The notes beneath the pieces were generated by a model. It was not told the DNA's origin. It saw nothing but the letters and a program-made list of their open reading frames with translations, and did no database searches. A DNA stretch of 36,389 nt from Armatimonadota bacterium (lineage in GTDB: Bacteria; Armatimonadota; Armatimonadia; Armatimonadales; Armatimonadaceae), in the NCBI GenBank assembly GCA_043754515.1, contig JAYUUO010000156.1, forward strand, positions 1 through 36,389, in the 5' to 3' direction. The position numbers and the translations under genes are program-made. Of the stretch, positions 9,440 through 19,040 are shown one piece after another (the stretch's first letter is position 1; each line of letters starts with the position of its first letter).

Positions 9440-10327
9440 CTAACTGTTTTTCACGCCGAACAGGTGGAGCAACTTCTCGAAAAAGCCCGGCTCCTTTTCT
9501 TCCAAATCGCTCCCCGTCAGGAACGGCACCGTCTCGCCGCGCAACCTGCGGGCGATGTTCCGATACGCCTTGCCCGCGAGCGAGGTTTCGTCGAGCGACG
9601 CCGGTTCGCCCCGGTTCGTGCTGGTGATGATCCGCTCGTCCTCGGGCACAATGCCGAGTAGCTCCACGCTGTTCCCGAGTACCTCCTGAACGTCCGCGAC
9701 GCCGAGGGCGTCCTCGGCGCGCACCATGCGCGGGCGCAGCCGGTTGACAATTAGTTTCGGGTTGTTCAGATCCTGCGCTTCGAGCAGACCGACGATGCGG
9801 TCCGCGTCGCGCACCGACGACATCTCCGGGTTAGTAACCACGATCGCCTCGCTGGCACCGGCGGTCGCGTTCTTGAAGCCCTGCTCGATCCCGGCGGGGC
9901 AGTCAATCAGCACGAACGAATAGCCCTCGGCCAGAATATCGGCGACCAACGCCTTCATCTGGTCGGGCGATACCGCAGACTTGTCTCGGGTCTGAGCGGC
10001 GGGCAGGAACACCAGGTTCGCGTTGCGCTTATCTTTGATCAGCGCGGAGCGCAGTTTGGCACGTCCTTCGACCACATCCACGATGTCGTACACGATCCGG
10101 TTTTCAAGCCCAAGCGCAAGATCCAGGTTGCGCAACCCGATGTCGGCATCAAGCAGGGCGACTCTCTCGCCGAGCACCGCGAGTGCCATGCCGATGTTGG
10201 CGGTGGTGGTCGTCTTGCCGACGCCGCCCTTGCCGGACGTGATCACGATAACCCGCCCGGTCGGCTTCGCCGCGCCCGTGATGCTATTTTCTTTGTCCGC
10301 GACCGGCGCGGGAACCTCGGTAGCCAT
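9440..10327 (-). CDS. minD: Septum site-determining protein MinD
   Basis: TSGKGGVGKTT, DIGLRNLD, LPAAQTRDK, DCPAGIEQGF, SSVRDADR, C-terminal GFFEKLLHLF helix. Confidence 0.97.
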   Translation of the reverse strand: MATEVPAPVADKENSITGAAKPTGRVIVITSGKGGVGKTTTTANIGMALAVLGERVALLDADIGLRNLDLALGLENRIVYDIVDVVEGRAKLRSALIKDKRNANLVFLPAAQTRDKSAVSPDQMKALVADILAEGYSFVLIDCPAGIEQGFKNATAGASEAIVVTNPEMSSVRDADRIVGLLEAQDLNNPKLIVNRLRPRMVRAEDALGVADVQEVLGNSVELLGIVPEDERIITSTNRGEPASLDETSLAGKAYRNIARRLRGETVPFLTGSDLEEKEPGFFEKLLHLFGVKNS

Positions 10328-10410
10328 AAACGAATCGTTTCTATCGCCGCGTGTCGTTCGCAATACGGGCGATTCTCCGGCAATATCTATCGCCGCTTCT
10401 GATGACGCCT

Positions 10411-10439
10411 ATTATAGCGGCAGGATCAGTATTTAACAA
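10411..10439 (-). promoter_or_regulatory. Sigma70-type internal promoter for minDE
   Basis: Minus strand TTGTTA-N17-TATAAT. Confidence 0.6.
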
Positions 10440-10467
10440 AAACTTTTTTTAGCGGCAGGGCGACGGA

Positions 10468-11286
10468 TCAAGAACGCGTCAGTAACGGGAACACCTGGAT
10501 CTCGCCGCCCTCAATGCGCGCGACCTCCGCGCCGCGCGTCGGGGCGTTCCGCGCCGTGTCCTCTTCCGGCGACCGGGCGATCTTTCCGGCGATGCGCAGT
10601 TGCGGGGCGCGGAGCGAAACGGCGATGATGCGCGCCTTCTCGTCGCCCATGCAACCCGCGTGTACCAGGCCCCGTAGCGCGCCCAGCACGGCGACGTCGC
10701 TCTCGGAAAACACCTCCGCGCCCGCGTTGACGTCGCCGCAAACGATCACCGGCCCGTCATGTACGATGCGCTGGCCGGAGCGGATCGTGCCGGGTATATA
10801 AAGAGCGTTCGGAGACGCGCCGTTTGGGTACCACGGCGCGACGGTCGGCTCGGGAAGGTCGGCGGGCGCGTCAACCACTTGGGTTGCCGCCTCCCCCGCC
10901 GCGTACCCCTGCGTCGGGCCGCCCCCGGACGGCTGTTTCCTCACTGTCGGTAGTTCGGGGTACGGCACCAACGCTAGCCGCTCCCCCGCCTCGCGCGTCG
11001 CCGGGTCCCGCGCCACGATAGAAATGGGCACGAGGCCGAACTCCGCCTTGACGTAGTCCATCAGCGCATCCAGTTCGGCGATGGTGACGAGGCGCGCCCC
11101 GCAGTCAATCGTGGTCTGGGAGCCGCGCCAGAACGATTTCGCGTTCGCGGCGTTGAGCGTGTCGCCGACCCGCGCGATCACCTCCTTCCACGCCACCGTC
11201 AGCGGGAGTTGCAGAAGGAGGCCGTTTCGCCAGCCTTTGACGACGACATCGGGCGGGTTTGTGTTGTTTCCTGGGACGCTTTCCAT
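10468..11286 (-). CDS. minC: Septum site-determining protein MinC
   Basis: VKG..NGL N-terminus; TIRSGQ.I..DG.VIVCGDVNAGAEV, LRGLVHAG, PQLRIA; upstream of minD. Confidence 0.92.
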   Translation of the reverse strand: MESVPGNNTNPPDVVVKGWRNGLLLQLPLTVAWKEVIARVGDTLNAANAKSFWRGSQTTIDCGARLVTIAELDALMDYVKAEFGLVPISIVARDPATREAGERLALVPYPELPTVRKQPSGGGPTQGYAAGEAATQVVDAPADLPEPTVAPWYPNGASPNALYIPGTIRSGQRIVHDGPVIVCGDVNAGAEVFSESDVAVLGALRGLVHAGCMGDEKARIIAVSLRAPQLRIAGKIARSPEEDTARNAPTRGAEVARIEGGEIQVFPLLTRS

Positions 11287-11714
11287 ACGGTCTGTATAGT
11301 TTAGCGGGGCGCGCGGCGATTCCTCTTTCCAGGCGGGACGATTGCATGATAGTCCCGTCGCTTCCACGGCTCGTGCCCCGCAAGTCCAGGCGGCGGGAGT
11401 GTCTCGGTAGGCTGAACTGGCTGTGAATGTTTCCCGGCGTCGGCGGTGCTTCGGGGGTAGGGCGCGGTCTGAGCGGGGCGGGCGGCGGGCCGTTCCCGCC
11501 CCGACGCGAAGCCTACCGGAACCGCTCGACGCGCCCGCCGGGAACGCCCGCCACCCGCCGCTCGCTGCGTACTTCGCCTGGGGCCTTTCATCCCCCGGAG
11601 ATATTTCGCCTCAATTCGGGCACCATCCAAACTAAACCGGCGCGACTTGCGACTATCAGTCCGGTAATACTGGAATCGGAACTAGTACAACACTCGGACT
11701 TGCTGGTTAGCTAC

Positions 11715-11742
11715 TTGCGGGCGAGATGTTTCGTGTTACAAT
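11715..11742 (+). promoter_or_regulatory. Promoter of the prepilin cassette
   Basis: TTGCGG-N16-TACAAT with TGn extension. Confidence 0.5.
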
Positions 11743-11871
11743 CGGGCTACCCGTTCCCAGCGACGAGCGCGGGAGTTGAAGAGGTACTAGCGAGAAAGCA
11801 AGTCACCTACACCCTGCGCAATTCGGCACGGTTTGCCGATAGTTTATCAACAGTTAAGAAGGTAAAAAACA

Positions 11872-12786
11872 ATGCAGTATGGAAATCCGCGCCACGATGG
11901 GCGCACAATCAACCGGGCGTTCACGCTCATCGAGCTACTTGTCGTGATCGCGATTATCGCGATTCTCGCCGCGATCCTGTTCCCCGTCTTCGCCCAGGCC
12001 CGCGAGAAGGCACGGCAGACCTCGTGCCTCTCGAACATGAAGCAGATCGGCCTTGCCGCAATGCAGTATGTTCAGGACTACGACGAGACGTACCCGCGCC
12101 AGACGTTCAATTATCAGTACCCAGGTGACGCGGGTGCCCGCCAATCCTGGTGCCCGATCACGGCCCGTGAGGTGATGCTTCCTTACATCAAAAATGGTGC
12201 GACCCAACAATACTGGAACGCCGGTTTTAACGGTCCGATCACGGTCGCGAGCGACGGCGTTTTCAAGTGCCCAAGCCAGCCCTGGGAGAACACCTGGCGC
12301 ACCTATGCGCTTCATGAGCAGGTCTTCTCGAGATATACGACCGGCAATGGTATGCCCATCCCCGCCCTGTCACTCGGCGACATCGGTGCCCCCGCCTCGC
12401 TGGTGCTCATGTCAGAGAACGGCATTACTAATGAGTGGAATACCTGCGACGACCTGACCAGTGACTTCTATTGGCATGGTGGCGGCGGCTGGCCCCCGCG
12501 CATGGAAGGCCCGCTATCGGGAGCGAAGTACGACCGCGACCCTGTGAGCGCGGCGGAGATGAACACTCTGCCGAACTCCTGGACGTACCGCGCTTTCCCT
12601 CGCTATCGGCATAACGGCACCGCGAACTTCATCTTCGCTGACGGGCACGCGAAGAGCATCGTGAAGGGACGATTGAACTGGTGCAAGAATGTTTACTTCT
12701 CGGGTATGAAGTCCGCGTGGGATGGTGCCTCGTTGGAATGGACCTTCGGTTCCCCGGACGTCTGCCAAGCGTACGGACGTCCCTAA
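11872..12786 (+). CDS. Prepilin-type N-terminal cleavage/methylation protein with DUF1559 and H-X9-DG motif
   Basis: [54 protein letters not shown]. Confidence 0.95.
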   Translation: MQYGNPRHDGRTINRAFTLIELLVVIAIIAILAAILFPVFAQAREKARQTSCLSNMKQIGLAAMQYVQDYDETYPRQTFNYQYPGDAGARQSWCPITAREVMLPYIKNGATQQYWNAGFNGPITVASDGVFKCPSQPWENTWRTYALHEQVFSRYTTGNGMPIPALSLGDIGAPASLVLMSENGITNEWNTCDDLTSDFYWHGGGGWPPRMEGPLSGAKYDRDPVSAAEMNTLPNSWTYRAFPRYRHNGTANFIFADGHAKSIVKGRLNWCKNVYFSGMKSAWDGASLEWTFGSPDVCQAYGRP

Positions 12787-12811
12787 TGACGATGTAGTGA
12801 GCTTGAAAACC

Positions 12812-13096
12812 ATGCAAAACAAGACAACATCAATAGTATTGGTTGTGCTAGTCGTGTCGTCCGTGTTCACTCTTATGGGGTGCAACACGGCGGCACCGGG
12901 TAACCCCGCGCCGGTGACCGGACCCGCGATGAAGTCTGCGGATCTTCCCAAAAACATGTCGCCAGAGGCGAAGAAGTCCGCCGAATCCGCCATGAAGTAC
13001 GGAGAGGCGAAGCAGACCGAGTCGGCCGCACAGGGTAATGCCCTGGTTGAAGGACAACGCAAGGCTGCCGAAGCAAAGGCGAGAGCGGGCAAATAG
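12812..13096 (+). CDS. Small lipoprotein associated with the DUF1559 gene
   Basis: MQNKTTSIVLVVLVVSSVFTLMGC lipobox followed by Ala/Lys-rich region. Confidence 0.75.
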   Translation: MQNKTTSIVLVVLVVSSVFTLMGCNTAAPGNPAPVTGPAMKSADLPKNMSPEAKKSAESAMKYGEAKQTESAAQGNALVEGQRKAAEAKARAGK

Positions 13097-13099
13097 CGG

Positions 13100-13405
13100 A
13101 TGAATTCGCTGTCAACCCCGGCCACGTCCGAGCCTGGTAAACTAGATCAGGGGCCGGGGAGGAAACCGCTTCCGGTTCTGATAGGCATACTCGTCGGTCT
13201 GTCTATCGTTTGTAGCGTCGTCTGGATCAGGCGACCGGTGCCGGAGAACTACCAACCGCCGCCGGTCGCCGCCAAAACGATAGCCGAGGTCGAGCAGGAG
13301 ATGACCAAGGTTCAGGGCGACGAGCGCATGAGCGCATCGCAGAAAGCGCGTATCATGTCGTTCCTGAATCACGATATGGAAGAGGCGAAGAAGACTAAGC
13401 ATTGA
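13100..13405 (+). CDS. Small single-TM hypothetical protein
   Basis: 101 aa, one hydrophobic segment, starts 3 nt after the lipoprotein stop. Confidence 0.65.
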   Translation: MNSLSTPATSEPGKLDQGPGRKPLPVLIGILVGLSIVCSVVWIRRPVPENYQPPPVAAKTIAEVEQEMTKVQGDERMSASQKARIMSFLNHDMEEAKKTKH

Positions 13406-13422
13406 GCTCGCCATCTCATTAG

Positions 13423-13466
13423 AAAAGCGGGGTGGTTTATCATGGTGATGAACCACCCCGCTTCTT
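13423..13466. terminator. Probable bidirectional terminator between convergent genes
   Basis: 18-bp stem AAGCGGGGTGGTTTATCA (13425-13442)/TGATGAACCACCCCGCTT (13446-13463) with one G.U. Confidence 0.8.
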
Positions 13467-13512
13467 AGTTTAGATTGTAGTGGCGCGTCACCGCCCGCCG
13501 CTTGCTATCGTC

Positions 13513-13773
13513 TCACTCCCCCAGCATCGTCTCCAACCGCGCGAGTTGCTCGTTCAGTGCCGGCATCCCGTGATCCGCGACGTACATCTTTTTGTGCTCG
13601 TAGATCTGGTCAATCACCTTCCGCGCCTCGCCTATCGTGTTCGCCTGACTCGCCCGCTGTATCAGTACCTCGCGCTCCTCGGTCACCGTGTCGGTCTCCA
13701 TCTGGCGCGTGTGGTGCGAAGTGCCGGTCGGGCCGATCTCGTCGGTGGTTTGCGGGTTGATCGTGTTATCCAT
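13513..13773 (-). CDS. Small hypothetical protein
   Basis: 86 aa from ATG 13773 (MDNTINPQ...LETMLGE) with purine-rich GAGAAAGA upstream. Confidence 0.65.
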   Translation of the reverse strand: MDNTINPQTTDEIGPTGTSHHTRQMETDTVTEEREVLIQRASQANTIGEARKVIDQIYEHKKMYVADHGMPALNEQLARLETMLGE

Positions 13774-13823
13774 AATGTCGGTTCTTTCTCGAATGGCGCG
13801 GTGTTTTCGCGCTTCCCTCCCCG

Positions 13824-15008
13824 TTATACCCGCGTGGACGCCACGCAATCGCCTAACGTATCCCACAAGAACGGCAGATCGTCCGCCGTGGTGCCGCGCC
13901 CGAACGAGAACCGCACGGCGGACCCGGCCAGGCTCGCGGGCAGGCCGAGCGCGAGCAGGACGTGCGACGGCTCGATAGAACCCGACGCGCACGCGGAGCC
14001 GGACGAGACCGCGACGCCGCGCAGATCAAGCGACAGGAGCAGCGTTTCGCCGTCCGCGCCGGGGAAGGACAGGTTCGCGATGTGCGGCAGACGGCGACCC
14101 GGCTCCCGCGCACCGTTGACAAGAACGTCGGGTAGCCGCTCCCTGACCCCGGTGATGAAGCGGTCACGCAATTCAGCAAGGCGAACCGCCTCCGCCTCGC
14201 GCCACGAGGGGAGCAGTGTCGCCGCCGCGCCGAAGCCGATGATCGCGGGCGCGTTCTCCGTACCGGCGCGTTTCTCCCGCTCCTGCTGCCCGCCGTGCAG
14301 GAGCGGCGACCACTTCACCCCGCGCCGCGCGTACAGGGCACCGATCCCTTTCGGTCCGTAGATTTTATGCGCCGAGACAGTGAGCAGGTCAACGCCGAGC
14401 ACGTCAACGTCGAGCGGCATTGCCCCGAGCGTCTGCACCGCGTCGGTGTGAACCCGCACGCTCCCGTCTCGCGCCTTCACCGCGTCGCTGATCGCGCGAA
14501 CATCCTGGAGGGTGCCGATCTCGTTGTTGCCGTGCATCACGGAAACCAGCGCGGTCCGCTCCGTCAGCGCGTCCGCCACCGCGTCCGGGGTAATAGTCCC
14601 ATCGGTTGCCACCGGCAGATACGTCACCGAAAAGCCCAGCATTTCCCGCGCAAACCGGGCGCAGTCGAGCACGGCGTGGTGTTCGGTCTGGACCGTCACC
14701 AGGTGATCGCGCCCCCGCTCCCGCGCGGCGAGTAGCACGCCGAGTAGCGCGGTGTTGTCGGACTCGGTGCCGCCGGACGTGAAATAGATCTCGGCCGCGT
14801 CGGCGTTCAGCGTCGCCGCCAGCGTGTCGCGTGCCTGATCCACGGCGCGGCGAACCGACTGCCCGAAGCGATGCACCGAGGACGGGTTGCCGAAGCCGTC
14901 CTCGTCGCCCAGGTACGGCAACATGGCATCGCGAACGCGCGGGTCGAGCGGCGTGGTCGCGGCGTAGTCGAGGTAAAGGCGGCGCGGGGCGTGGGCGGGA
15001 TTTGTCAC
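13824..15008 (-). CDS. Cysteine desulfurase (IscS/NifS group I)
   Basis: YLDYAATTP, GNPSS.H, FTSGGTESDN, HTDAVQ, SAHKIYGPKG, SSGSAC; GTG start 6 nt after TACAAT. Confidence 0.95.
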   Translation of the reverse strand: MTNPAHAPRRLYLDYAATTPLDPRVRDAMLPYLGDEDGFGNPSSVHRFGQSVRRAVDQARDTLAATLNADAAEIYFTSGGTESDNTALLGVLLAARERGRDHLVTVQTEHHAVLDCARFAREMLGFSVTYLPVATDGTITPDAVADALTERTALVSVMHGNNEIGTLQDVRAISDAVKARDGSVRVHTDAVQTLGAMPLDVDVLGVDLLTVSAHKIYGPKGIGALYARRGVKWSPLLHGGQQEREKRAGTENAPAIIGFGAAATLLPSWREAEAVRLAELRDRFITGVRERLPDVLVNGAREPGRRLPHIANLSFPGADGETLLLSLDLRGVAVSSGSACASGSIEPSHVLLALGLPASLAGSAVRFSFGRGTTADDLPFLWDTLGDCVASTRV

Positions 15009-15014
15009 GAGTTT

Positions 15015-15034
15015 ATTGTACCGCGCGGTATAAT
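15015..15034. promoter_or_regulatory. Back-to-back -10 elements (bidirectional promoter)
   Basis: ATTGTA-CCGCGCGG-TATAAT near-perfect palindrome between divergent genes. Confidence 0.65.
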
Positions 15035-15128
15035 CCAACCACACGCCTCCCCCGTGCTAATCGTGATCGCAAGCGACAAGTCATCATCGCGAACGATGAC
15101 CGGGGGCGCGAAGGAGCGAAATAGACCT

Positions 15129-15803
15129 ATGAATCATGAGCAGTGGACGGCGGTGGACCATTACTTTTCCGACCGGTTGCTAGCCCCCGACTCGATACTG
15201 GAAGCCGCGCTGGAGAACAACGCGGCGATGGGACTGCCCCCGATTGACGTCACGGCGCATCAGGGGAAGTTGCTGATGCTGCTCGCCCGTTCGCGTGGGG
15301 CGCGGTCCATCCTGGAGATCGGCACGCTCGGGGCTTATAGCACGATCTGGCTGGCACGCGCGTTGCCCGAGGACGGCCGCCTCGTCTCGCTAGAGTTGGA
15401 GGACAAGCACGCGGTCGTCGCCCGCGCGAACATCGAGCGTGCCGGTCTGACTGATAAGGTGGAGATTCGGGTCGGCGCGGCCATCGAGTCGCTACCCCGG
15501 CTCGTCTCCGAGGCTCATGCCCCGTTCGACTTCGTTTTCATTGACGCTGACAAGCAGAGCACCGCCGACTACTTCGAGTGGGCACTTAAACTAACGCGGC
15601 GCGGGAGCGTGATCATCGTAGATAACGTGGTTCGGGGCGGCGCGGTAACGGACGCGACGAGCAATGACCCGAGCGTTCTGGGCATACGCCGCTTTATGGA
15701 ACGGCTCGCCGCCGAACCGCGTGTGAGCGCGACCGCGATTCAGACGGTGGGGAGCAAGGGGTATGACGGCTTCGTACTCGCGCTCGTGACCGCCGACCCG
15801 TAG
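15129..15803 (+). CDS. SAM-dependent O-methyltransferase (caffeoyl-CoA OMT-like)
   Basis: ILEIGTLGAYSTIW, FDFVFIDADK, VDNVVRGG, KGYDGF; AAGGAG upstream. Confidence 0.93.
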   Translation: MNHEQWTAVDHYFSDRLLAPDSILEAALENNAAMGLPPIDVTAHQGKLLMLLARSRGARSILEIGTLGAYSTIWLARALPEDGRLVSLELEDKHAVVARANIERAGLTDKVEIRVGAAIESLPRLVSEAHAPFDFVFIDADKQSTADYFEWALKLTRRGSVIIVDNVVRGGAVTDATSNDPSVLGIRRFMERLAAEPRVSATAIQTVGSKGYDGFVLALVTADP

Positions 15804-15849
15804 CGCGGACTGTAGCCTCCCCACCCAGAAATCCGGTATAACGAACTTC

Positions 15850-16689
15850 GTGCCACAAACCCCTATCACCCGTACCGAATGGCGACTCGTGGACGGGCGG
15901 CGCGTCCGCCTGTTCGTCACGCCGCCCGACGACGGCGACGGGGCGCACAGCCCCCTACGCCTGCCGATCTTGTTCGTACACGGTCTCGGTTGCACCGGCG
16001 TCGTTTGGGAGCCTACCCTGCGCGAGATCGCGCGGCGCGGCTTGTGTTGTCCCTCCCTCGCGCCGGACATGCCGGGGTTCGGTCGCTCGGAAGGCCCGCC
16101 CGGTTTGCGCGCCCTGAGCATCCCCGAACTCGCGGACTGGCTCGCGCGGCTTCTCGACGTGGAGAAAATCAGTCGCGTACACCTGGTAGGCAACTCGCTC
16201 GGCTGTCAGGTCGGGCTGGCGTTCACGCGGCGACATTCGGATCGAGTCGCGGGCATGGTCTTGCAGGGCGGGACGACTGGCACCCGCGTCGTGCCCGCCT
16301 GGCGGTACATCACCGGCTTGCTCGTGGATGCGTTCCGGGAGCCGCCCCTCTACAACCTGCGGCTGATGGCGATGTACACGCAGATGGGTCCCGCGCGCTA
16401 CTTCCAGACAGTGCGGTTCATGATGGATGACGATGCGTTCGCGGCGGCGGCGGGCGTCACCGCGCCGACGCTGGTAATACGGGGCGGCAAGGACGCCATC
16501 GTCGCCGACCGGGTAGCGCGGCTACTGGCGGCGACGCTCCCGGACGCGTCCTACACGCCGCTCGACCACGCCGCGCACGCCATCGAGTTTAACAACCCGG
16601 AGGAGTTTACTTCCGCGACGCTTAACTTCCTAGAGCGCGCGGAGATGAAAGTGCTCGGGGGCAGTAATGTGCCGAACACGCCCGCGTGA
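15850..16689 (+). CDS. Alpha/beta fold hydrolase
   Basis: FVHGLG, PDMPGFGRS, GNSLG nucleophile elbow, AAHAI. Confidence 0.9.
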   Translation: MPQTPITRTEWRLVDGRRVRLFVTPPDDGDGAHSPLRLPILFVHGLGCTGVVWEPTLREIARRGLCCPSLAPDMPGFGRSEGPPGLRALSIPELADWLARLLDVEKISRVHLVGNSLGCQVGLAFTRRHSDRVAGMVLQGGTTGTRVVPAWRYITGLLVDAFREPPLYNLRLMAMYTQMGPARYFQTVRFMMDDDAFAAAAGVTAPTLVIRGGKDAIVADRVARLLAATLPDASYTPLDHAAHAIEFNNPEEFTSATLNFLERAEMKVLGGSNVPNTPA

Positions 16690-16888
16690 TCCGGCTCGGG
16701 GGTCCGCGCTTCGTCCGCGCCTTTAGTCCGTGAAAAAGATAGTCATCGTCGTGCCGAATTTCAATGCGCCGCCCGCTGAGATCCGAGGTGGATTTTATTC
16801 GTGAATATTTTGCCGGATACGAACACGTTTCCAGGGTACACTCTCTGCGAACGCATCCGCTTCCTTTTTCTCCCCGTGTCGCCTTCTT

Positions 16889-17803
16889 ATGTCTAAGCCT
16901 TACGACGCCGTCACCAAACATCTGATAGAAGCCCGACCCGCCGATTGGGTAGCATTCCTCGGCTTGCCGCCTGGGAAGGTTTCGATAGCCGACGCGGACC
17001 TATCTACCATAACCGTCTTCGCCGACCGCCTTATCCGAGTTGACACTGGCGAGCATTCATATCTGGTGCATAACGAACTGGAGAGCGGCAAAGACACCGC
17101 CGACATCGCCTTGCGCCTGTTCCATTATAACGCCGCCGCCGTCTACAAACTGCGACTGCCGGTCATCTCCACCGTGTTCCTTCTGCACAAAGCGTCTAAC
17201 AGCCCACGGATCACGGGCGCGTTCGATGTCGTCGGCACCGATGGCGTCCCGTACTTCTCGTTTCGTTACAACGTGGTTCGCGTTTGGCAACTAGATGTGG
17301 ACGAACTGCTCGCCGGGGGCCTCGCCACCCTGCCACTCGCGCCCATAGCGAATGTTCGCGCAGCCGAGGTGCCGCGCGTGATCAAGGTGATGCGAGGGCG
17401 TATCGAGACCGAAGCGACCAGCGCGGCGGAAGCAGCGGAACTATGGACTGCGACGGGGGTTTTGATGGGTTTGCGGTACAATACGTCATTCCGGCGGCAA
17501 CTCTTGAAAGGGATAGGGCGTATGCGAGAATCAAACTTCTACAAAGAAATACTGGATGAAGGACGCACCGAGGGGCGCGCCGAGGGGCGCACCGAGGGAC
17601 GCACCGAGGGACGCACCGAAGGCAAATTAGAAGAAGCACAACGTCTAGTGCTTCGCGCGGGTATTCGTCGGCTCGGCGTAGCGGACCCGGGGGCGCAGGC
17701 GCGTGTGGAGGCGATCACCTCGCTGGACACCCTGGAAGCCTTGCTCCTGCGCATTTTTGATGTGGAGACGTGGGACGACTTGCTTGTTGACATCCCGCGC
17801 TGA
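16889..17803 (+). CDS. Rpn-family PD-(D/E)XK nuclease / putative transposase
   Basis: YDAVTKHL, ADLST...AD.L...HNELES, YNVVRVWQ, LPLAP, MGLRY, MRES..Y..I..EG repeats. Confidence 0.8.
   Translation: MSKPYDAVTKHLIEARPADWVAFLGLPPGKVSIADADLSTITVFADRLIRVDTGEHSYLVHNELESGKDTADIALRLFHYNAAAVYKLRLPVISTVFLLHKASNSPRITGAFDVVGTDGVPYFSFRYNVVRVWQLDVDELLAGGLATLPLAPIANVRAAEVPRVIKVMRGRIETEATSAAEAAELWTATGVLMGLRYNTSFRRQLLKGIGRMRESNFYKEILDEGRTEGRAEGRTEGRTEGRTEGKLEEAQRLVLRAGIRRLGVADPGAQARVEAITSLDTLEALLLRIFDVETWDDLLVDIPR
17558..17623 (+). repeat. 12-bp tandem repeat (~5.5 copies) encoding EGR(T/A)
   Basis: GARGGRCGCRCC units. Confidence 0.95.
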
Positions 17804-17824
17804 TGTCGGCGCGAAATAAATCCC

Positions 17825-18050
17825 GCGGTGGCGTTGTGTAGGTTAGCGACGTCGGGTGCCCGGAGAAAGTTTTTATTTCGACCGCGATCTTCTCCGCGCC
17901 ACGCTCCGCCGCGATAAGTCGCTCCGCGCCGAGGTCAATATGCAGATCGCGCTTGTCGTACTCAATGGCGAGCGGATCATGGGTGATCGTCTAGCCGTCT
18001 TTGATCAGGGCGTTTTTGACGGTTTGATGGTCACGATCCAGTGCGGGCAT
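17825..18050 (-). pseudogene. xisH: XisH-family protein pseudogene (not in the ORF track)
   Basis: MPALDRDHQTVKNALIKDG*TITHDPLAIEYDKRDLHIDLGAERLIAAERGAEKIAVEIKTF; TAG at 17991-17993 replaces the conserved Trp; then frameshift and truncation. Confidence 0.88.
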
Positions 18051-18221
18051 AAGCCGATTATACAGCGAACGACGCCGAGAAACAGATCTCACGCTCCCTT
18101 ACGAAGTTGCTTCGTTTATGAGGACAAATCTGTCCCCCGGCGGGGCGGGCGCGACGCTACCGAGGATGACACGAACCGTCGTTGAGGAACGACTCGCCGC
18201 GCCAGAGATGTGAGTCGCCCT

Positions 18222-19040
18222 TTAGTCGGTAAAACGGTACTTGATCAGTGCCCACAGGGCGTCTACTCCGTCCGTCCAGCGGATCTTCTTACCCTGCTCG
18301 TTCGTGCGCGCCTGGTAGTGAATCGGGACCTCGTGGATGCGGATACCGCGTTTGAGTATCTTCGCGGTCACTTCCGGGCAGAAGTCGAAGCGTTGCGCCC
18401 GGAGCGGGAACGAGCGCAATATCACGACGCGGAACATCTTGTAGCACGTCGCCTCGTCCGTGATCCGCGCGCCTGGGAAGAGCATGTTTGTAACGGCGGT
18501 TAGCACGCGGTTGGCGAGCAGGTTGGCTCCCTTCATGCCCACGATACGCCCTGAGAAGCGCGAGCCGTACACCACATCCGCGCCGCCCGCGAGGAGCGGT
18601 GCCAGGAGCAAACCGAACTCGTTCGGGTCGTACTCCAGGTCGGCGTCCTGCACCACGAGGTAGTCGCCCCGCGCCGCAGCGATCGCGGTGATGATACCCG
18701 CCCCCTTGCCCCGGTTCCGCGCGTGGTACAGGACGCGGACATCGGGGTAGCGGCCCTCGACTTCGGCTTTGAGTAGCTCGCGGGTGCCGTCGGTCGAACC
18801 GTCATCCACCAGAATGATCTCGCGCCCGACGCCCTCCGGGAGTGTCGCGCCGCGCACCTGCCGCACGATCTCCAGTAGCGTTTCGCGCTCGTTGTAGATC
18901 GGGATGGCCACGGAGAGTAGCGCGGTCACCGGCTCCGTCATCGGGATGGAGCGGCCGGTGATTTCGGCGCGGGCATCAGAAGAGCCGACATTAATGTCGG
19001 CGGTATCGGGGCGTTCCAGGGTCATCATTGGCTGTGTCAC
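18222..19040 (-). CDS. Glycosyltransferase family 2 (DPM1-like)
   Basis: IPIYNE, VDDGSTDGT, NRGKG, QDADLEYDP, VYGSRF, GKKIRW.DG. Confidence 0.93.
   Translation of the reverse strand: MTQPMMTLERPDTADINVGSSDARAEITGRSIPMTEPVTALLSVAIPIYNERETLLEIVRQVRGATLPEGVGREIILVDDGSTDGTRELLKAEVEGRYPDVRVLYHARNRGKGAGIITAIAAARGDYLVVQDADLEYDPNEFGLLLAPLLAGGADVVYGSRFSGRIVGMKGANLLANRVLTAVTNMLFPGARITDEATCYKMFRVVILRSFPLRAQRFDFCPEVTAKILKRGIRIHEVPIHYQARTNEQGKKIRWTDGVDALWALIKYRFTD

Noticed and set aside
10407..10454. GCCTATTATA and TTTTTTAGCG shared between the minD and annealase promoters as a common regulon motif
   Set aside because: Spacing differs between the two sites and most of the match is the -10 hexamer plus a T-run
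17558..17623. CRISPR-like repeats here, at 29244-29288 and at 20070-20105
   Set aside because: Tandem units without spacers; no cas genes in the window
17856..18185. 109-aa plus-strand ORF
   Set aside because: Antisense shadow of the xisH pseudogene
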